Below, piece by piece: positions 25,199 through 36,240 of a DNA stretch of 64,000 bases. Every line of letters starts with the position of its first letter. Positions within the stretch are counted from its first letter, which is position 1. The stretch comes from Camelus ferus. Taxonomy: Eukaryota. The stretch covers positions 55,738,001 through 55,802,000 of the forward strand of contig NC_045705.1 of assembly GCF_009834535.1 (NCBI RefSeq). Reading direction: 5' to 3'. A program made the position numbers and the translations under genes. The notes beneath the pieces were generated by a model. That model did no database searches and was not told the DNA's origin. It saw only the letters and a list, made by a program, of their open reading frames with translations.

Positions 25199-25833
25199 GA
25201 TCCTGTAGGAGAGCAGGATGAAGAGAACGTCCGTGCCCATGGCCAGCATGATGAGGCCCAGCCCGCAGAGTCAGAGCGGGCCAGGCGGATCATGTCCTGG
25301 TGAAGGCAGTGAGCATGGGGCAGTGCCCCAGGGTGACAGTAGTCAAATCTCAGGAGGTGCAGTGATGGTGCCACCGTGATGGCGGCACTCTGAGTGCCCA
25401 GCATGACCCAGGCCAATGCCACACGAGGACCCGTGAGCACAGACGCATAGCGCAGTGGGAATCGGATGGCCACCAGGTGGTCCAGAGCCATAGCAAAGAG
25501 CACGGCTGACTCCACGAAGGAGAAGGAGTGCAGGGAGTGCTGCTGCAGAATGCAGGGCGCCGAGCCCCAGCGCACCCAGCACTGGGGGCGGCATGCACCG
25601 GCACAGGCCAAGTCCGTCACAGCCAGGTTGGCCAGGAAGTAGTACATGGGCTGGTGGAGGGAAGGGTCAGTTCTTACCAGGTGCCAGATGGTGGCACTCC
25701 CCAGCAGGGCCACCAAGTGTCCTACAAAGGCAGGCAGTGAGATCCAGTGGTGAGCCCACTGCAGACCTGGGAAGCCTGTCAGCAGGAACACAGAGAAACT
25801 CCAGTTGGCACTTGCTAGGGTGAACATCTCCAT
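25199..25833 (-). pseudogene. Decayed class I OR pseudogene (TM1-TM5 only); possibly related to mouse Or51ai2/Olfr632 by position
   Basis: Reads [19 protein letters not shown]...LHQPMYYFL..LAVTDL. Lesions: 1-nt loss near 25608; about 20-nt deletion near 25556 that restores frame; frameshifting deletion near 25268. TM5 (GLGLIMLAMGTDVLFILLSY) is in another frame and homology ends at about 25199. No TM6/TM7 found. Confidence 0.9.
25451..25485 (+). promoter_or_regulatory. Candidate CTCF site inside the OR pseudogene
   Basis: CGCAGTGGGA-ATCGGA-TGGCCACCAGGTGGTCCAG. First 14 core bases match consensus TGGCCACCAG(G/A)(G/T)GG. Confidence 0.4.
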
Positions 25834-26841
25834 TCTCCAGAAGCTGCTTTGTTCTGTGAAAGGCGGTGGCGGGTGTGTTGAGGGTTACTAGGCCAGTAAG
25901 CACGAGATGCCCTGCTGTCTTAGGGCGGCAGTCCCCTGCTGGCCGGCCTGGCCTCTCTGCACGCTCGGGGACTCAGTGACCTATCAGTTAACCCCTGCCT
26001 TCATAAGCAGTCTGTCCTCTTCCTGCTTTCTCCCTCTTTCTCTTATTCCCATCAAGTCTTTTACTTACCCCTGTGACATTAAACATCAACAAGGGTTTTC
26101 TCTGCTCTTCTTTTGGACCAGCTAGTGAAAGGCAGTTTTTTTTTTTAACTTCTCTTAGAAAAATCTATATAGCTCAACCTTCACAGAATGCTCAGATGCT
26201 CAGAAATGTTGTTACTCCCAAATTGCCTTCTCTATTTGGCCTTACCTCTTCAAGCTTTTTCTGTAGAAGAATTTATCTCTAATTTTTCTAAGCAAAATGA
26301 GGATGCCTGTAGAGAGCTTCCTCATGCAATCTGCTCTTCACTTTATCTCCTTATTGTCATTCTGTGACCCTTTCCACATGTCTGTATGACTGGGAGAAGT
26401 TGTATCTTGCTTCTCTCTTAGCTCAACCCCTTTCAAAGAACCCAGAACTCACTAGTGAGTATCTCATGCCTCAAGCATCTTCTCAGGTCCTCTGGGAACC
26501 TCGTTCTTCCTCTCACTGAGTCACACTAATTCATCCTGTAGTGTCTTCATTGTTAAAAGCTGTTACCTTTACTCTAAGTCCTGAAATTTCTTTTTTTTAA
26601 CAAATCTAATTTAAGAGGGGACTGACGTGTCTGCTCCCTTAGTTTTTTGTTTCTGTTTCTGTTTTTGTTTTGGTCTCTGTGTTTTCAAAGTTATCTCTCC
26701 TTAAAAACCAAGCTGGATGTCTGACACAACTCACAAAATTTTAATAAATCAGGTAAACTTATTAGAGCAATGTTTCCTAAATAGGTATTGTGAAAAGCAA
26801 CTATCAGAATGTGTACCTTGAAACAGAAGCAACAAAGACAA

Positions 26842-27009
26842 GGGGAGGGTATAGCTCAAGTGGTAGAGCACATGCTTAGCATGCATGAGGTCTTGGGTTC
26901 AATTCCCAGTACCTCCATCAAAAAACTAACTAAATAAGTAAAATTAATTACCTCTCCCTGCAAAAAAAAAAAAAAAAAAAAGAATTTAAAAACAAAATGT
27001 TAAAAAAAA
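26842..27009 (+). mobile_element. Vic-1-type tRNA-derived SINE (camelid), 15-bp TSD
   Basis: GGGGAGGGTATAGCTCAAGTGGTAGAGC...GGTTCAATTCCCAGTACCTCCA plus A-rich tail. TSD AAGCAACAAAGACAA at 26827-26841 and 27010-27024. Confidence 0.9.
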
Positions 27010-27648
27010 AAGCAACAAAGACAAAGCCTGTTCCTTGCTCAAATCAGTTTATTAAATACTGAAATGCAGGGGTACCTGGCGAGAGGCTCACAAGACAAGC
27101 CCTGCTATGCCGGATCTCAGTGTCTGATATAATATTTGCTTCTGTATTCTCACCTGTAAAATAATGGTAATGATGCCTTCTAATCAAAGAATGAATGTGT
27201 TTTAATTGGCACACCGTGTGCACAGAATTTAGCACTAGGTCTGGAATGTAAAAAACAATAAATGTTACTGCTCCCAAACCAAACACTGATTTTCTTGTAA
27301 TTTTTTCCCATTGTCTGTACTGTCTCTTATTATACAGAAATAAACTCCGATCTCCTCTTTAAAATGAGAGCATATTGGATCTCAGCATAAGGTGCCATAT
27401 GACTTTGAAAAACTGAGGATCTATTGAGGGAGGAATTGAGGGACAGTGATAAAAGGGGATCCTGAGGAAGAGATCACAGCTTACACTGAGGGACAGAAAG
27501 CAAGGCTAAGGGACAGACTGAAGGATGAGGCTGAGCAACAGAAGAAGGTATAGTGAGGGTCAGACGGGGGAGAATGAAAGGCAGTAAAATGGTGGACTTA
27601 ATAAAAACATGCTGAGAGGCAAAGATGGAGATAATCATGGTTCAAGAA

Positions 27649-28333
27649 TGCTGGAAAACAAGCTGCTCAAAAACAAGCCGCTGGTAAACGAACAGCTGGA
27701 AAACAAGCCACACCTAAATTTCCATGAGCTAAAAATATTATACTCACACTTGCTTGCTTAACATACACATGCTTTGTTTTAATGTGTTATGCAGTAGATG
27801 ACCTATAGCACATATTATGCTAAAGAAAACTTGGGGTGAGCAATCCTGAGATTGACTATAAGGGCATGAAGGAGGGCAGATACTTCCTTAGGGTGAAACA
27901 ACAATGGTCCTGGAAAGCCAGATCACCCATTAACAGACCTTTGTTCTGGCAAGAAAGCATGCGGTTAAGCCCAGGGGAAATATTTGCTATCTCAAGATGT
28001 CCTGGAGGCAACAACAGGATAGATTTAGAAATTTTGCATACCCCGAGGAGGGTGATTGTTCCTGGAAGGGATAGGCCTGAAATTAATCAGTTAAACAGCA
28101 AGCAGAACTTGGTGCTTCTCGCATGGGATATCTAAAGCCCCACCTCTTTGATCGCATTTTTCTCTGAGCTATATACTCCTAATAAATATGCTGTCGACCA
28201 GGCTTTCGGGACTCTGGACCCATGAGATCTTGAGACCCCTAGTCCCATCTTTGCTCTTTACTCTTTCTCTTTGTTTCTTAAGTCTTGCGTCACCTGTCCT
28301 CAGACGCGGTCCTGAGCTGTGCTGGACGCAGCA
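27649..28333 (+). mobile_element. ERV2 (beta-like) solo LTR, 685 bp, 6-bp TSD CAAGAA
   Basis: Inverted termini TGCTG...CAGCA. CAAGAA at 27643-27648 and 28334-28339. TATATA (~28170), AATAAA (28181) and CT-rich U5. Confidence 0.88.
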
Positions 28334-28954
28334 CAAGAAGCGGGGAGGCGGGAAGACCATACAGTGAAAGAAGAAAGGGGTGACGAACGCGTCTGTGAAA
28401 GACGGTGAGTGTCACGGAGAAAGGGGGTTGTGTAACTTAGCTGAAGCAATGGGAGAGCAGAAAATAAGGGGGGATGCGAGGCAGAAAGGGATGGTGTGAA
28501 GGGCCTGGAGAATGGGGAAGCTAAGGTCGGAGGGAGGGACTTTGCTGAAAGACTGAGAGGAGGGAGGAGGATGACAAAAAGACAGAGAGAAAACTAGGGG
28601 GCAAAAAACACGGGCTGAGGAACTGTGAAGGGGAAAGCCAAGCGATACATTGGCAGGAAGCTCAGGGACTCAGAGTGGATGTTGAGAGGCAGAGGGAGAA
28701 ACAGAGAAAGAGGTGGAGAGGCGGAGTGGGGAGTCAGGTAAAAGAGGGGAGCCTGAGGAGAGGAATCTCTTGTGAGACAACAAGGAAAGAAAGGGCAGGT
28801 CTAGGCAGCAGGGAGGATGGGAAGTGGAGGAGGAGGCGGTCAGACACCAGGGGACTGATGCGGGGAAGCATTAGGAACAGGGAGAGGATGGGGAGCTGGG
28901 TCTCTCACAGCCCTTTGTTCAGGCTTCTCAACTCTAGACAGGGTTTCATTAGGC

Positions 28955-29120
28955 AGTGCGGTGGTTGAGGACGTAGCTCTCGACCCGAGAATCAGATCTG
29001 CACTCCAAGCACAGCTTCAGCATTGACGAGCTCGGTGACTGTGCAAGCCGCTTGCTTAGTCTCAGTTTCCTCGTCTGGAAAACTGGGACGACAACACTGT
29101 CGTTAGGTTATAGAGCTGTT
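28955..29120 (+). mobile_element. MIR with unusually GC/CpG-shifted sequence
   Basis: gtggttgagg...ggtgactgtgcaagccgctt...ctcagtttcctcgtctggaaaactggg, collinear with the MIR core. Confidence 0.75.
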
Positions 29121-31641
29121 TATCTGTGGTTCTAAATGTGGTGCCGTTAGAACCACATGTAGATGATGATTCTTTGCAGTTGTCAGTGCTGCCTTCTTAT
29201 TGAAAATTCTCCACAACCATGATCCACCATCTGACGGCTACAGGTCCTCCCTCCACACCTTCAGTGGGCGTAAGTCAGTGATCGGACAACTGCTGAGGAG
29301 TGAGAGGCTGAAGGTTGGGACTTGCAGCTTGTAAGTGGTTTTTGGATGCGCCAGCTACATCACTTTGGTGAAGGGAACAAATCCCTCTGCGCATTAGCTT
29401 CTTTCTGTGATGGAAGGTTTTCCCCTATTGCCTGCCTCCTCTCCAGGGAAACTACAGGGCTTAACAGGAGTGTGGAAAAAAGTGCTCTGAAGTGTTAGAA
29501 GTCACATCAACTGGGGGAGGAGGGAGAGTTGTTGAGATTATGATCCCTTGCCTGCCACAATACTGTATCACTCCACTCCCAAATCCAGCCTAGACACACA
29601 TTCTGGTCTCTCTTTCCAACCAAAATGATAATGGAGAGATAGCATGGAGCAGCAGCTCTAACCACAGACCCGCCATCATCCTGGGATGATGGGTTATCAT
29701 CCCATAACCCTACTTAGAGACCTGCTAGATAAAGGGTGTCAGGGAGGTCACTGGACTGGCTGCCTGTATCCACAAATCAAGGGGCTTTCAGCAACTTACT
29801 GGTCCCTTGCTGTCTGTAGATTCTTTCCCAGCCTCTGAGGTCCTTCTCCCTCCTCACTCACACCTTTCCTATCCTCTTCTAATTGACTCAGGACTACTCT
29901 CTGCATCTGCTGCACTTGTAACTATAAGACTATCTGTTTTTCTCCCTTGGGTCTTGGGCCCCCAGAGGAAACTCCTTAAATGGATGCAGACCTGACAAAC
30001 ACCAAAAAGGGATCAGCATTCTCCTGGAACAGTCTGCAGGCACCTGAGTTATCTACCATGGAAACTCAGTGATCTTAAGTAGCAACATGAAATATTCCAG
30101 CAGACATGATGTTCCTTCATTCTCTTCTCCCACTAGCTGCTAGAGTTACCAAAAATGTATTGGGTGACCCTCAGTCCTGTTTTCTGTCATCCTCTTTTCT
30201 CTAGTCTAGCCTCCCTTTGAGACTGTTCTTCCTACCAGGTAGTTACTCACACTCATTCATTGAGTATATAGGGACTGTAAGCTTTCGGCCATATACATGG
30301 ATGCAAAGATTTGTAAGACAGAATATCTGCTCCTGAGAAATTCATCCGTCTTTTGCAGGATATAGATACGAGAAGGCCAAACTGCCTGAGAGAGTAAAAA
30401 GGGATTCACAGGAGATACAAGGATTTAACAGGTATTCTTTACTAAAAGCTGCTGTCTCATTAGATTCAACATTCCAGAAAGAAAAGGAAACACAGAATTT
30501 ATTCATTGAATATCTGTTACAGGGCAGTAATTGTATTTTGGAGATTTACTGGTGAGCAACACATTCATAACTCCTACAAGGAGATAAACTTAGTCATGTA
30601 TTCTGAGAGACAAAAAAGTAAACAACAAAGAAAAAAGATCTAAAACACAGAAGACTCCATTACTATGTGATAAATGTTACAACAGGAAATGCAGGATTCT
30701 GAGGGAGCAGACAGATGGAGCATCTGCTCTGGTTTGGGAGAGAGAGTCTGTCATGAAAATGTCTCTGAGACTCCAAGACGAATTTCACATAGTTAACGGC
30801 AGGGGCAAGCTTCTCTGCCAATTTCAGGTTCACAGCCTCCTGCACAATGGGATCGTGACTTAGACATGTTTGTGGTAGGTCCTTTCATTGAAGCTTTGTC
30901 ACATTGCAGGTCATTGTGCAAGATCTCACAACTAGGGTGCCTAGAAGCAAACACTGACTTCATTTATCTTCAGCAAATACACAGGAAAGGAAAATGAGAG
31001 GTGAGAAGTGTCAGGAGTGGGGTCAAGAGTGTCTACTAGATGAACAGAGCCTGAAGAGAGCACAAGATGAGAAGGATGTGGAGGAGTTCTACCTGAATCA
31101 GTCATGAGAGAAGAGTGAAGAAGTTCTGGTTCTTCAAATGTGACACAAGAGTCTAAAGGATATAGTTTACTTAGGATAGAAACCTAAGAGAAGGACTTTA
31201 CCAGGCAGGGAAGAGGGAGGCAGTCCCAAGGAGCCATGGAGAGAAGAGGTACATTTCCTGAGGTGAATTTTGAACAACAAACATTGATCTATTCTCTGCT
31301 AGGTTCTGCTCTAGGTGCTTTTTACTTATTTCTCCTTTAAAATTTTTGCATAGTTTCATTTTAGTTTTAGTTTATGCACATTGATGAGACTCTTCCTCTG
31401 GGCAGTTTTTGATGCTACCAAAATATCTAGGTCTCATATATAGGAGAAAGCATTGTAATTTAAGCAAGAAAAGGTTAGCGTTCATAACCCAAACTCAAGA
31501 AAGAAATTCATCCATATTTTATTTAGGGCGGTGAAAAAAAAAAAAAAAAAAACTTGGGAAAAATAGGGTGTGATAATAGGTACAAAATGTAGTAAATCTT
31601 TGGCCTGATTTGGGACCTTCTTCTGGGCACCAGTGAAATTT

Positions 31642-32601
31642 TTAGCTCCAGGATTCAGCACCAGCCTTTCTAAGACCCAGGAGATTGCTGATGGCATGAC
31701 GGATCTCCTTGGTCTTAATACTGTATATGATTGGATTAAGCATGGGAGGCACAAAGAGGTAGACATTGGCCATAAGAAGGTGGACAGCAGGTGGAGCATG
31801 CTTCCCAAAGCGATGAACCAGGGACAGCCCCACCATGGGCACAAAGAACACCAGCACAGCACAGAGGTGTGAGGTACATGTTTGGAAGGCTCGGAGCCGC
31901 TCCTCCTTGGAGGCCAGTCTTGCCACTGTGTGCAGGATGACCCCATAGGACAGTGCAATGAGCACCAGGTCCAGCATCACAGTGAACACCACCAGGCTCA
32001 GCCCATACAGGTTGTTGAAGGTGGTGTCTGTGCAGGCCAAGTGTATGACCTCCTGGTGCAGGCAGAAAGAATGGGAGAGGACTCGAGACCCACAGTAAGG
32101 AAAAGTCCTCAGGAGGAGAACAATGGGAACAGTGGCTACAGGTCCCCGAAGGATGACAACCAGGCCTGCCCTGACCACTCGCTGGCCGGTGATAATGACC
32201 GAGTACCTCAGGGGGTGGCAGATGGCCACAAAGCGGTCAAAGGACATGACAAGGAGTACTGAGGACTCCATGAAGGAAAATGAGTGGATGCACAACATCT
32301 GGATTTGGCAGGCTCCAAAGTAGATATCACGTGAGTTGAACCAAAAGATTCCCATAGTGGTGGGCAAGGTGGACACTGACAGGCCCAGGTCAGTGAAGGC
32401 CAGAAAGGAGAGGAGATAGTACATGGGTTTGTGCAGACGAGGGCTGGTCTTAATAATTATCAGGATGAAGCAGTTGCCAGAGATGGCCACGAGGTACATG
32501 AGGAAGAAGAAGATGAAAATCCATTGCTCAATGGTTTCCAACCCTGGAAAGCCAGTGAGGTAGAGCACGGGGCTAAACTGAGTGATGTTGGACAAGTGCA
32601 T
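31642..32601 (-). CDS. OR51M1: Olfactory receptor 51M1 orthologue, intact, 319 aa (ATG at 32601, [11 protein letters not shown])
   Basis: [79 protein letters not shown] match recalled human OR51M1. Acceptor ttattttcag at 32641-32650. Confidence 0.93.
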   Translation of the reverse strand: MHLSNITQFSPVLYLTGFPGLETIEQWIFIFFFLMYLVAISGNCFILIIIKTSPRLHKPMYYLLSFLAFTDLGLSVSTLPTTMGIFWFNSRDIYFGACQIQMLCIHSFSFMESSVLLVMSFDRFVAICHPLRYSVIITGQRVVRAGLVVILRGPVATVPIVLLLRTFPYCGSRVLSHSFCLHQEVIHLACTDTTFNNLYGLSLVVFTVMLDLVLIALSYGVILHTVARLASKEERLRAFQTCTSHLCAVLVFFVPMVGLSLVHRFGKHAPPAVHLLMANVYLFVPPMLNPIIYSIKTKEIRHAISNLLGLRKAGAESWS

Positions 32602-33009
32602 CCTGGGGGGATGCTGGGCTGACGTTCTTCTGGGGCTGAGCTGAAAATAAATGATTGTTCTGGTTATTAATTCTTTGGCTTCAAGAATATTCACACCGTC
32701 ATTATCAGAATCATGCTCATTGTCATCTTTGGTATCTACTTTACTACTGTCAACTCCACCGTCCTCCTACCTGATGGAAACTTTCTTTAAAGTACCAGGC
32801 TCACTAGGTTTTCTCTCGATTTCTATTCCTTCTCTGTCTCCTTTGAGACTTCTCTTTCTTACTCAACCCTTAAATACAACCATTCTTTTTCTTGGCAGTT
32901 TTCTGTCCATACTTTATTTTTCCTCCTTAGAGAACATCATCACTCTCATGAATGTATTTACTAACTTTATGTTGATAAATATAAAATACATAACTGTATA
33001 ATTCTCTTC

Positions 33010-33520
33010 TTTTTGATTTGCAGACTCACATATCTAACACCAGGTTGAGCATCTGGATCTAGTGTTACCCAGTTTTTTCAAAATTTTAATTTATACTAAC
33101 TTCCCCTAACAGGGCTTTCATTCAGTTGTTTTCACTAACTCAGGAGTAGAAATGTGGACTTCAGAAATAAGTTGAAGATGAGATATATGTTTGAGTAATA
33201 ATAGTATATAGGCTGGATGAGGAAACTTAAAAAGTGAGGGTAGAGGGAAGTTTCTAGAATTGAGCTTTGGGAACATCTGAATTGTAGAGTTGGAAAAGAG
33301 AAGGCTCCACTAAAAGAGACAGAGGGGGAAAAATGCCAGTTAGAGGAAAACCAGGAGACTGTGGTCTTGTATCAGTTTCAAGAGGGATAAATCAATGATA
33401 TGTAATGTTGCTAAAGGGACAAAGTAATAAGACCTGGAAGTGACCAAAGGATTTAGCAACATGGAAGTTACAGCTGATCTTGAGAAGAGCAGTTTCAGCG
33501 AGGTAGTGGGGAATAAAACC
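33010..33520. mobile_element. L2 fragment
   Basis: catctggatctagtg...gatcttgagaagagcagtttcagcgaggtagtggggaataaaacc, L2-like. Confidence 0.6.
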
Positions 33521-33929
33521 ATCCCTGCCCCCACCCCCAGAAAGACCATGACCATGTCAGTATTTCTGTTTCCCTCTGCTGTGGCCGTGGCTGCTTTTGG
33601 GTCAGAACAGTGACAGGTCCCAGCCGTTTTCCACAGGACCACCTGAGTGGGCAGCCAAGCATTATCAATAAAGCAGTTCTTAGGAGGGAAAAAAGTGTGT
33701 TCGTGAGCCAGAGAACAAGTGGACAAGAACAATGTAGTAGGTTTCCAGGGAGTGATGGTGGCCCAACTGAGGTTCAGAAATTCAAAGTGGAACTAGTCAG
33801 TGCTTAAGTGTGTTTTTAATCACTGTGTTTACCTGTTTGAAATCAGAAAATGACTATACAGAGATTTGAACTGAACCAGGTTAAAGTTAGGATAGGCTAG
33901 AATGAATAAAGGTAATCTTAAAAAATGAT

Positions 33930-34235
33930 GTAAATTCTATTTACAATCCAACAACAGACTCACGGACATAGGAAACTATGGTTATCGAAAGGGAAAGGGG
34001 TGGAGGGGGAAGGATAAATTAGGGGTTGGATACTAACAGACAAACGTCACTATATATAAAATAGACAAACAATGACAGACTGTATAGAGCAAAAGAAACT
34101 ATATTCAATTCCTGGTGATAACATATAATGGAAAAGAATCTGAAAAGAAAAAAATACATATATATGTATAACTGAATCATTTTCCTGTATACCTGAAATT
34201 AACATTGTAAATCAGCTACACTTCAATAATTTTTT
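33930..34235 (+). mobile_element. L1 3' UTR fragment
   Basis: acagactcacggacatagg...tgtatataactgaatca...ttgtaaatcagctacacttcaata. Confidence 0.85.
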
Positions 34236-34449
34236 TTTAATATAAGTCAGGCTATATGGCTGGACAAGGAGGCATAGCAGTGATAAGCATGCTGTCATGC
34301 CCTGAGAAGAACTGTGGGGGGAGGTGGCAAGAAGGAAAATGTTTAGGAATGAAGACCAGGGCCAGCCCCTCATCACTCTGACAAGGAGGTGAAAGAACCC
34401 ATCACACTTTTCCTCTCCGCGTCCTTATTCCTCAGTTCACTACTCACCT

Positions 34450-35330
34450 ACCACCAAATGACTGTTTTTGTTTTGTTTTGTTGGTTTTTTTTAACCCTCT
34501 TGGCTAGAGCAATGCTCTTCAAATTCACCAATGACCTCTAAGGCTGAAATTCAATGGAGACTCAATCATACCTGATTCCTTTGCAAACTTGTGTCTTCTG
34601 GCCACATCTTCCTTTTTAAAGCTCTCTTTTGGAATTCTTGACGCCGGCCCCTGCTGATTCCCTTTATTTTTCAGGGCAGTACATATTCAGTTCCTTCCAT
34701 CCGTTACTCAGATGTTCATATTACTTACTCCTGACCTTAGACACCTTCTCATTTATTGTTTTCTCTTTTTATTATTTTTTACTGTTATTATTAATAGTAG
34801 TAGTACTAGTAGACTGATAACCCATAGAAGTTTATCCCTAGTCCCGACAACTCAGCTGTGTAGCAGACCTGAATATCTGCCTTCTTATTAGATGTCTCCC
34901 AATTGACGCCAACTAAACCCAACACATCTAACATTGATCCATCACCTACTCTCTCCACACCTGATTCTTTACAATGTATTTAATCACTTTCCAAGACAAC
35001 ATTTTGGATCTCATGCTTTAATTGACCCTCTCCCTCTTCCCACACCTCATTTTTTAACTGACTTAATAAGTATGTTCTACTTCCTAAATATCCCTATTCC
35101 TTTGTTTCCACTTTTGTGCTGTCATCATTCCTAAGTTTTTCCTGCATAACTGACCTCTCCGACACTTAACTTGCACAGCCTGACACCCCATGTCCTAGAT
35201 CTATTTTCCACTTGAGTCATGGGGTTTATCCCTAAAATGGTAACTGCTCTGTTTGCAGTCTTTCAATAGCTCCCCTTTCACCAGGATACAGTTTAAACTG
35301 GTCAGAAGAGCTCTGCTGAGACCTCCAATT
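34450..35330. mobile_element. Degenerate L2 fragment
   Basis: caatgacctctaaggctgaaattcaatgg, ctcagctgtgtagcagacctgaatatctgcc...gatgtctccc, tagctcccctttcaccaggatacagttt. Confidence 0.55.
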
Positions 35331-35929
35331 TATTGCATTCCGGCACGACGCAGACACTGTGTAACACGTTACATAATGTGACTACTTCTCATGACCACGA
35401 GGCATTTTATCCTAGTTCACAGAGGAGGAAACCACAGAAAAGGTAAATAGCTCTCCCAAAGTCTGACTTCAGAGAGCAAATCCTCAGTCTGTGAGCTAAT
35501 CCCACGTCTTACATTAATTCACAACATGAGTTTATCAGTGAGCTGATGTCAAGGATGGGATTTGAACCCACGTCCACCTACTTCCAAAGTGGGCAGTCCT
35601 AATACAAGGTAATACCCTGTCTTTACTCAGCTATTCAGCGTTGACATCTTTCCAAATTCATTTTTTTCTACCATAGTCAAAAAACCGATACTGTTTTTTC
35701 TACAATGCCTCATATATACTTTTCTTTTTTCTATTCTTTCTATTGCTTTATATTTTGCTTTCCTAGCAGAAACTACTTTGCTTTTTTGACCAGTGAACAA
35801 TACTGATCCTTTAAGACAACATAAGTATCATTTTCTCTGACAAATATCTCTTGGCGTCTTGTGTAGAGTGAGGCAAACCCTTCTGTACTCACACAGCAGC
35901 TTTGCGGCTGCAAGATTAAAGCGTAAATA

Positions 35930-36240
35930 TACACATACATCCTTTATATTTTATATATAAGCATATTGATAATTATATATTGTATCTAATGTTATATATA
36001 AATATATATATGCAAAATATGTAAACATTAACATATATGTGTATTTACTTGTATATACTTTTCATATAATATACTACTTATATGTATTCTTTATATACTA
36101 TACATTCTTTATATATACATAAAAAGTATAAGTATTATAAGCATAAATGTATGCTTAAACAAATATTTATGCTTACATATTCATACATGTGTTTATCTAA
36201 TACATAGTATATATAATATATATTACTTTTATATATAGTC
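35930..36240. repeat. AT-rich low-complexity, degenerate (TA)n tract
   Basis: About 300 bp composed almost entirely of TATA/ATAC variants. Confidence 0.8.

Noticed and set aside
26842-26915. tRNA-Ala-like gene (A and B boxes)
   Set aside because: Followed by a SINE body, A-tail and 15-bp TSD; it is a Vic-1-type SINE, not a tRNA gene.
27400-28900. Strong purine skew flanking the ERV2 LTR (triplex/R-loop potential)
   Set aside because: No mirror-repeat structure; compatible with decayed L2 or low-complexity DNA.
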